From an uncultured delta proteobacterium (GTDB lineage Bacteria; Myxococcota_A; Polyangia; Polyangiales; JAFGIB01), in assembly GCA_963778655.1 (NCBI GenBank), contig CAVZVA010000009.1, positions 1,280,001 to 1,344,000 of the forward strand: 64,000 bases of DNA, read 5' to 3'. A program made the translations under genes and the position numbers. Numbering within the stretch: the stretch's first letter is position 1; each line of letters begins with the position of its first letter. This document shows, one piece after another, positions 60,748 to 64,000 of the stretch. Below the pieces are notes generated by a model. It was not told the origin of the DNA. It made no database searches and saw only the letters and a program-made list of their open reading frames with translations.

Positions 60748-61317
60748 ATGCACGCGCAAGCTCAACGGCAGACCGTGGACGCGCCCGCGCTGCGCTTCGA
60801 GCGCGGTGTGCTGCCGCTGCGTGAGGGTTTGCGCGCGGCGGCGTTGCGGCTCACGCGCGACCCCGACGAGGCCGACGACTTGCTGCAGGAGACGCTGCTG
60901 CGCGCGTGGCGCTTCTTTGCGCGCTACGAACCGAACAGCAACCTGCGCGCGTGGCTGCACCGCATCCTGCGCAACACTTTCATCAACCGCTACAGGCGCG
61001 TGCGGCGCGAGCGCGAGGTGATGGCGCAGGTGCGGGTCGCGGCCGAGGTCGACGCGCCTGCGCAGCCGGAGCTTCCCCCGCTGCCGGAGCAGCAGGCCTC
61101 GCTGAGCGAGCCGCTGGCGCGCGAGCTCGCCGCGCTGCCGCCGGAGTTTCGCGCCGTGGTTTGGGCGGTGGCGGTGGACGAGCTCAGCTATCGCGAGACC
61201 GCACAGACGCTGGGCTGCCCGATCGGCACGGTGATGTCGCGCCTGCACCGCGGCCGGCATGCATTGCAGCGCGCGCTCGATCCGGAAGCGCAGGCGCTCG
61301 GCCATCGCGCGGCGTGA
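60748..61317 (+). CDS. ECF sigma-70 factor
   Basis: DEADDLLQETLLRAW, AWLHRILRNTFIN and LSYRETAQTLGCPIGTVMSRLHRGR. Confidence 0.92.
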   Translation: MHAQAQRQTVDAPALRFERGVLPLREGLRAAALRLTRDPDEADDLLQETLLRAWRFFARYEPNSNLRAWLHRILRNTFINRYRRVRREREVMAQVRVAAEVDAPAQPELPPLPEQQASLSEPLARELAALPPEFRAVVWAVAVDELSYRETAQTLGCPIGTVMSRLHRGRHALQRALDPEAQALGHRAA

Positions 61318-61369
61318 AGCGGGCGGGTCGAGGACGACTTTGGGGCTGCGGCTGCGGGCGGGGGGGAGC

Positions 61370-61398
61370 TTGACGAGGCCGTTGGGCGCCACCATATT
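61370..61398 (+). promoter_or_regulatory. Putative sigma70 promoter of moeB
   Basis: TTGACG-N17-CATATT, with an AAGGAGG RBS downstream. Confidence 0.6.
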
Positions 61399-61463
61399 GC
61401 GGCCCCAGTCGTTGCGCCGGAGCGTTGTGGGGCGCAGCTTGAATCCAAGGAGGGCGGGTCGTC

Positions 61464-62627
61464 ATGGCCAGGACCTACGCCGAGCTACTTCAGGACGTGC
61501 GATCGAAGATCCGCCTGGTGTCGCTCGACGAGTGCAAGCGCCGCTTCGACGCGCGCGGGGACTACGTCTTCGTGGACGTACGCGAGAAGGACGAGACGCG
61601 GCAGGGCTACATCCCGGGCGCGGTGCTGATTCCGCGCGCGCACCTGGAGCAGCAGTTCGAGCAGAAGCTGCCCGACCGCCAGGCCAACATCATCCTGTAC
61701 TGCGCCAGCGGCATCCGCTCGGCATTCGCCGCCAAGCTGCTCGCGGACGTTGGCTACAGCCAGGTCGAATCGGCCAACCCCGGCTTCGTGCGCTGGAAGG
61801 ACATGGGCTACCCGGTCGAGGCGCCCGCGCAGCTCACGCCGGCGCAGCTCGATCGCTACTCGCGTCACATCCTGCTGCCGGAGATCGGCGAGAAGGGTCA
61901 GGAGAAGCTGCTCAACGCGCGCGTGCTGCTGCTCGGCGCGGGCGGGTTGGGCTCGCCGGCGGCGTTGTATCTGGCGGCTGCGGGCGTCGGCACGCTCGGC
62001 CTGATCGACGCCGACACCGTGGACGCGTCGAACCTGCAGCGGCAGATCCTGCACGGCACCTCGACACTGGGCGTGCCCAAGGTCGAGAGCGCCGCCAACC
62101 GGTTGCAGGACCTCAACCCCGACGTGAAGGTGATCCCGTTCCAGGAGCGCTTGACCAGCGCGAACATCGACCGCGTGTTCGATCAGGGCTGGGACGTGGT
62201 GGTCGACGGCCTGGACAACTTCCCCACGCGCTACCTGGTCAACGACGCCTCGGTCTGGAAGAACATTCCGGTCGTGCACGGCTCGATCTTCCGCTTCGAC
62301 GGGCAGGTCACGACCTTCGTCCCGCACAAGGGGCCGTGCTACCGCTGCCTGTATCCGGAGCCGCCGCCGGCGCACCTGGCGCCTTCGTGCGCGGAAGCCG
62401 GCGTGCTCGGCGTGCTGCCCGGCATCATCGGCACGATTCAGGCGACCGAGGCGGTCAAGCTCGTGCTGGGCAAGGGCGAGCCGCTGGTCGGCCGGCTGCT
62501 GATGTACGATTCGCTGCAGATGCAGTTCCGGCAGCTGCGGCTGCGGCGGGATCCCAACTGCCCGGTGTGCGGCGAGAAGCCGACCATCACCGAGTACATC
62601 GACTACGAAGGCTTCTGCGCGCGCTGA
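61464..62627 (+). CDS. moeB: Rhodanese-MoeB/ThiF fusion (MoeZ-type adenylyltransferase/sulfurtransferase)
   Basis: N-terminal rhodanese (DVRE, LYCASGIRS), then RYSRHILL, GAGGLGSP, SNLQRQ, CYRC and CPVC. Confidence 0.93.
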   Translation: MARTYAELLQDVRSKIRLVSLDECKRRFDARGDYVFVDVREKDETRQGYIPGAVLIPRAHLEQQFEQKLPDRQANIILYCASGIRSAFAAKLLADVGYSQVESANPGFVRWKDMGYPVEAPAQLTPAQLDRYSRHILLPEIGEKGQEKLLNARVLLLGAGGLGSPAALYLAAAGVGTLGLIDADTVDASNLQRQILHGTSTLGVPKVESAANRLQDLNPDVKVIPFQERLTSANIDRVFDQGWDVVVDGLDNFPTRYLVNDASVWKNIPVVHGSIFRFDGQVTTFVPHKGPCYRCLYPEPPPAHLAPSCAEAGVLGVLPGIIGTIQATEAVKLVLGKGEPLVGRLLMYDSLQMQFRQLRLRRDPNCPVCGEKPTITEYIDYEGFCAR

Positions 62628-62651
62628 GTCAGGCGGCGACGGTGCGGCCGG

Positions 62652-63335
62652 TCAGAAGCGGCCCATCAGCGCCGGTCCCAGCGCAACCCCCGATGCGGAC
62701 GGCAGCACGGCCAGGCTGAGCAGCACGCGGGGCGCCGCCTGCGAGCGCGGCGCGCCGCTGCCGGCAGGCCGAGGTGCGCTCGCCGGCGAGGGCAAGGACG
62801 GCGGGAGCGGTTGCGGTTGCGCCTCGCGCTCGCGCCGGCTCTGGGCGTTGATGCCCTCGACCACGCCGAACAGCGCGCCGACGCCGGCACCGGCGACCGT
62901 GCCGATCGCACCGCCCATCAAGACGTCCCTCGGGCGCCCCCCACCGGCCCAGAACAGTGCGCCGACCGCCGTGCCGGTGAGCACGCCGAGCAACGAGCCA
63001 TAGCCCGTGTCGCGCAGCGCCAGCCAACCGATACCGGGCGTGGGCTTGCCGTTGTCGACCACCGCCAGCGCGACGCCACCTCCCACGCCGACCAGGGCGC
63101 CGACGCCGGCGCCGACCACCAGCTTGCGCCACTCGTGCGACTGCCATGAGGGGCCGGTGGTCACGTAGCCCGCAGCCAGACCCACGAAGGCTCCCGTCCA
63201 CAGGCCCTTGAGCCCGTAGGCAAGCAACGTGGGCGCATCCCCGTCGGACGCGGGCTGCGCGCTCTGTGCCCGGCACAGCACTGGCGCCGAAAGGGTGCTG
63301 CACAGGACCAGCGTACACAGGATCTTGCGGCTCAT
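62652..63335 (-). CDS. Exported/membrane glycine-zipper protein
   Basis: Signal peptide and repeated GxxxG hydrophobic helices. Confidence 0.7.
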   Translation of the reverse strand: MSRKILCTLVLCSTLSAPVLCRAQSAQPASDGDAPTLLAYGLKGLWTGAFVGLAAGYVTTGPSWQSHEWRKLVVGAGVGALVGVGGGVALAVVDNGKPTPGIGWLALRDTGYGSLLGVLTGTAVGALFWAGGGRPRDVLMGGAIGTVAGAGVGALFGVVEGINAQSRREREAQPQPLPPSLPSPASAPRPAGSGAPRSQAAPRVLLSLAVLPSASGVALGPALMGRF

Positions 63336-63452
63336 GCGGTCACCTCGACAAGACGCTTCTGCGCGCGGGCGGCGGACGCGCCGGCGCCGCCGCTGCTCGT
63401 TCGGAGATGTACCCGCTGCGGGTCCATTCCAGGCTGGACGCGTCGCGTGGCC

Positions 63453-64000
63453 TCAGCGCACGCGCGAGAGCACCGCGAGATTGCGCTTGCGGTCGTGGCC
63501 GCGCTGCGCCAAGACGAAGTTGCCGCGCACCTCGCTCACCCCGAAACGGCCGGAGCGCAACAGCTTGTTCAGCTTGCGCCGCTCCTCGGGCAGCAGGCCG
63601 CGGATCTCGGACAGCAAATAGCGCGCGTTGTAGGCGCCGATGCGCAGCGTGTAGGCGTCGCGGCGGTTCGAGACGTGGGGGACGATGCGCTCGGAAGCGA
63701 CGATCGGCGCGTCGGCGGGCACCTCGGCGATCAACGCGCGCAGGTCGCGGTAGTCGGTGCGCTGCGCGGGGGTGGTGCCGAAGTCGAAGCGGTTGTAGCC
63801 GGCGCGCGCGGTGCCGTGTTGCAGAATGGCGCCGAATTGGTGCGAGCACAGCGTCATGGCGAGCGCCAGCGCGACCAGCGCGCCGCGCTGGCGGGCGTCC
63901 CTTCGCCCGTCGCGCTCGGGCGCCAGCGCCTGCAGGTTCGCGACCAGCGCCATGAAAAGGTAGGTGGTCCAGTGGGGCGTGTATTGAAACGAGATCTCGT
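63453..64000 (-). CDS. C-terminal part of a DUF2079-like membrane protein (5'-partial)
   Basis: Frame is open to the window edge; FQYTPHW and VPADAPIVASERIVPHVSNR resemble the DUF2079 C-terminus. Confidence 0.55.
   Translation of the reverse strand, partial: EISFQYTPHWTTYLFMALVANLQALAPERDGRRDARQRGALVALALAMTLCSHQFGAILQHGTARAGYNRFDFGTTPAQRTDYRDLRALIAEVPADAPIVASERIVPHVSNRRDAYTLRIGAYNARYLLSEIRGLLPEERRKLNKLLRSGRFGVSEVRGNFVLAQRGHDRKRNLAVLSRVR

Noticed and set aside
61400..61463. Possible Moco riboswitch upstream of moeB
   Set aside because: The leader after the predicted promoter is only ~60 nt and shows no recognisable aptamer.

Overview
High-GC chromosomal segment whose gene content points to a myxobacterium (Myxococcota, probably Polyangia; this is an inference). 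The left half (about 2.3-31.6 kb) is an extended Glt-type gliding/envelope-machine locus. It has two myxobacterial outer-membrane beta-barrels (gltB/gltA-like) and a Cys-rich CglC/GltK-like lipoprotein transcribed divergently from a contiguous gltC-gltD-gltE-gltF-gltG run. That run is followed by an extra TPR protein (frameshifted here) and a ~3380-aa GltI/AgmK-like TPR protein. ftsY, yraN, two HEAT-repeat genes and two HAMP proteins without an enzymatic output domain are interspersed. Recognisable gltH, gltJ and aglRQS are not in the window. The right half is mostly housekeeping and regulatory: M1 peptidase, tsaE-carB-greA, an alpha/beta hydrolase, recG, a membrane sulfatase-like/HEAT protein (also frameshifted), a histidine kinase/NtrC/receiver trio, an orphan MglA-like GTPase, rpmB, an RluA-family enzyme, a divergent PrkA AAA+ protein coupled to nnr, an ECF sigma factor and a rhodanese-MoeB. 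Two clear sigma54 (-24/-12) motifs and several sigma70-like promoters are visible. I found no rRNA, tRNA, CRISPR array or mobile element. All family assignments come from motif recognition by eye, not from database searches.
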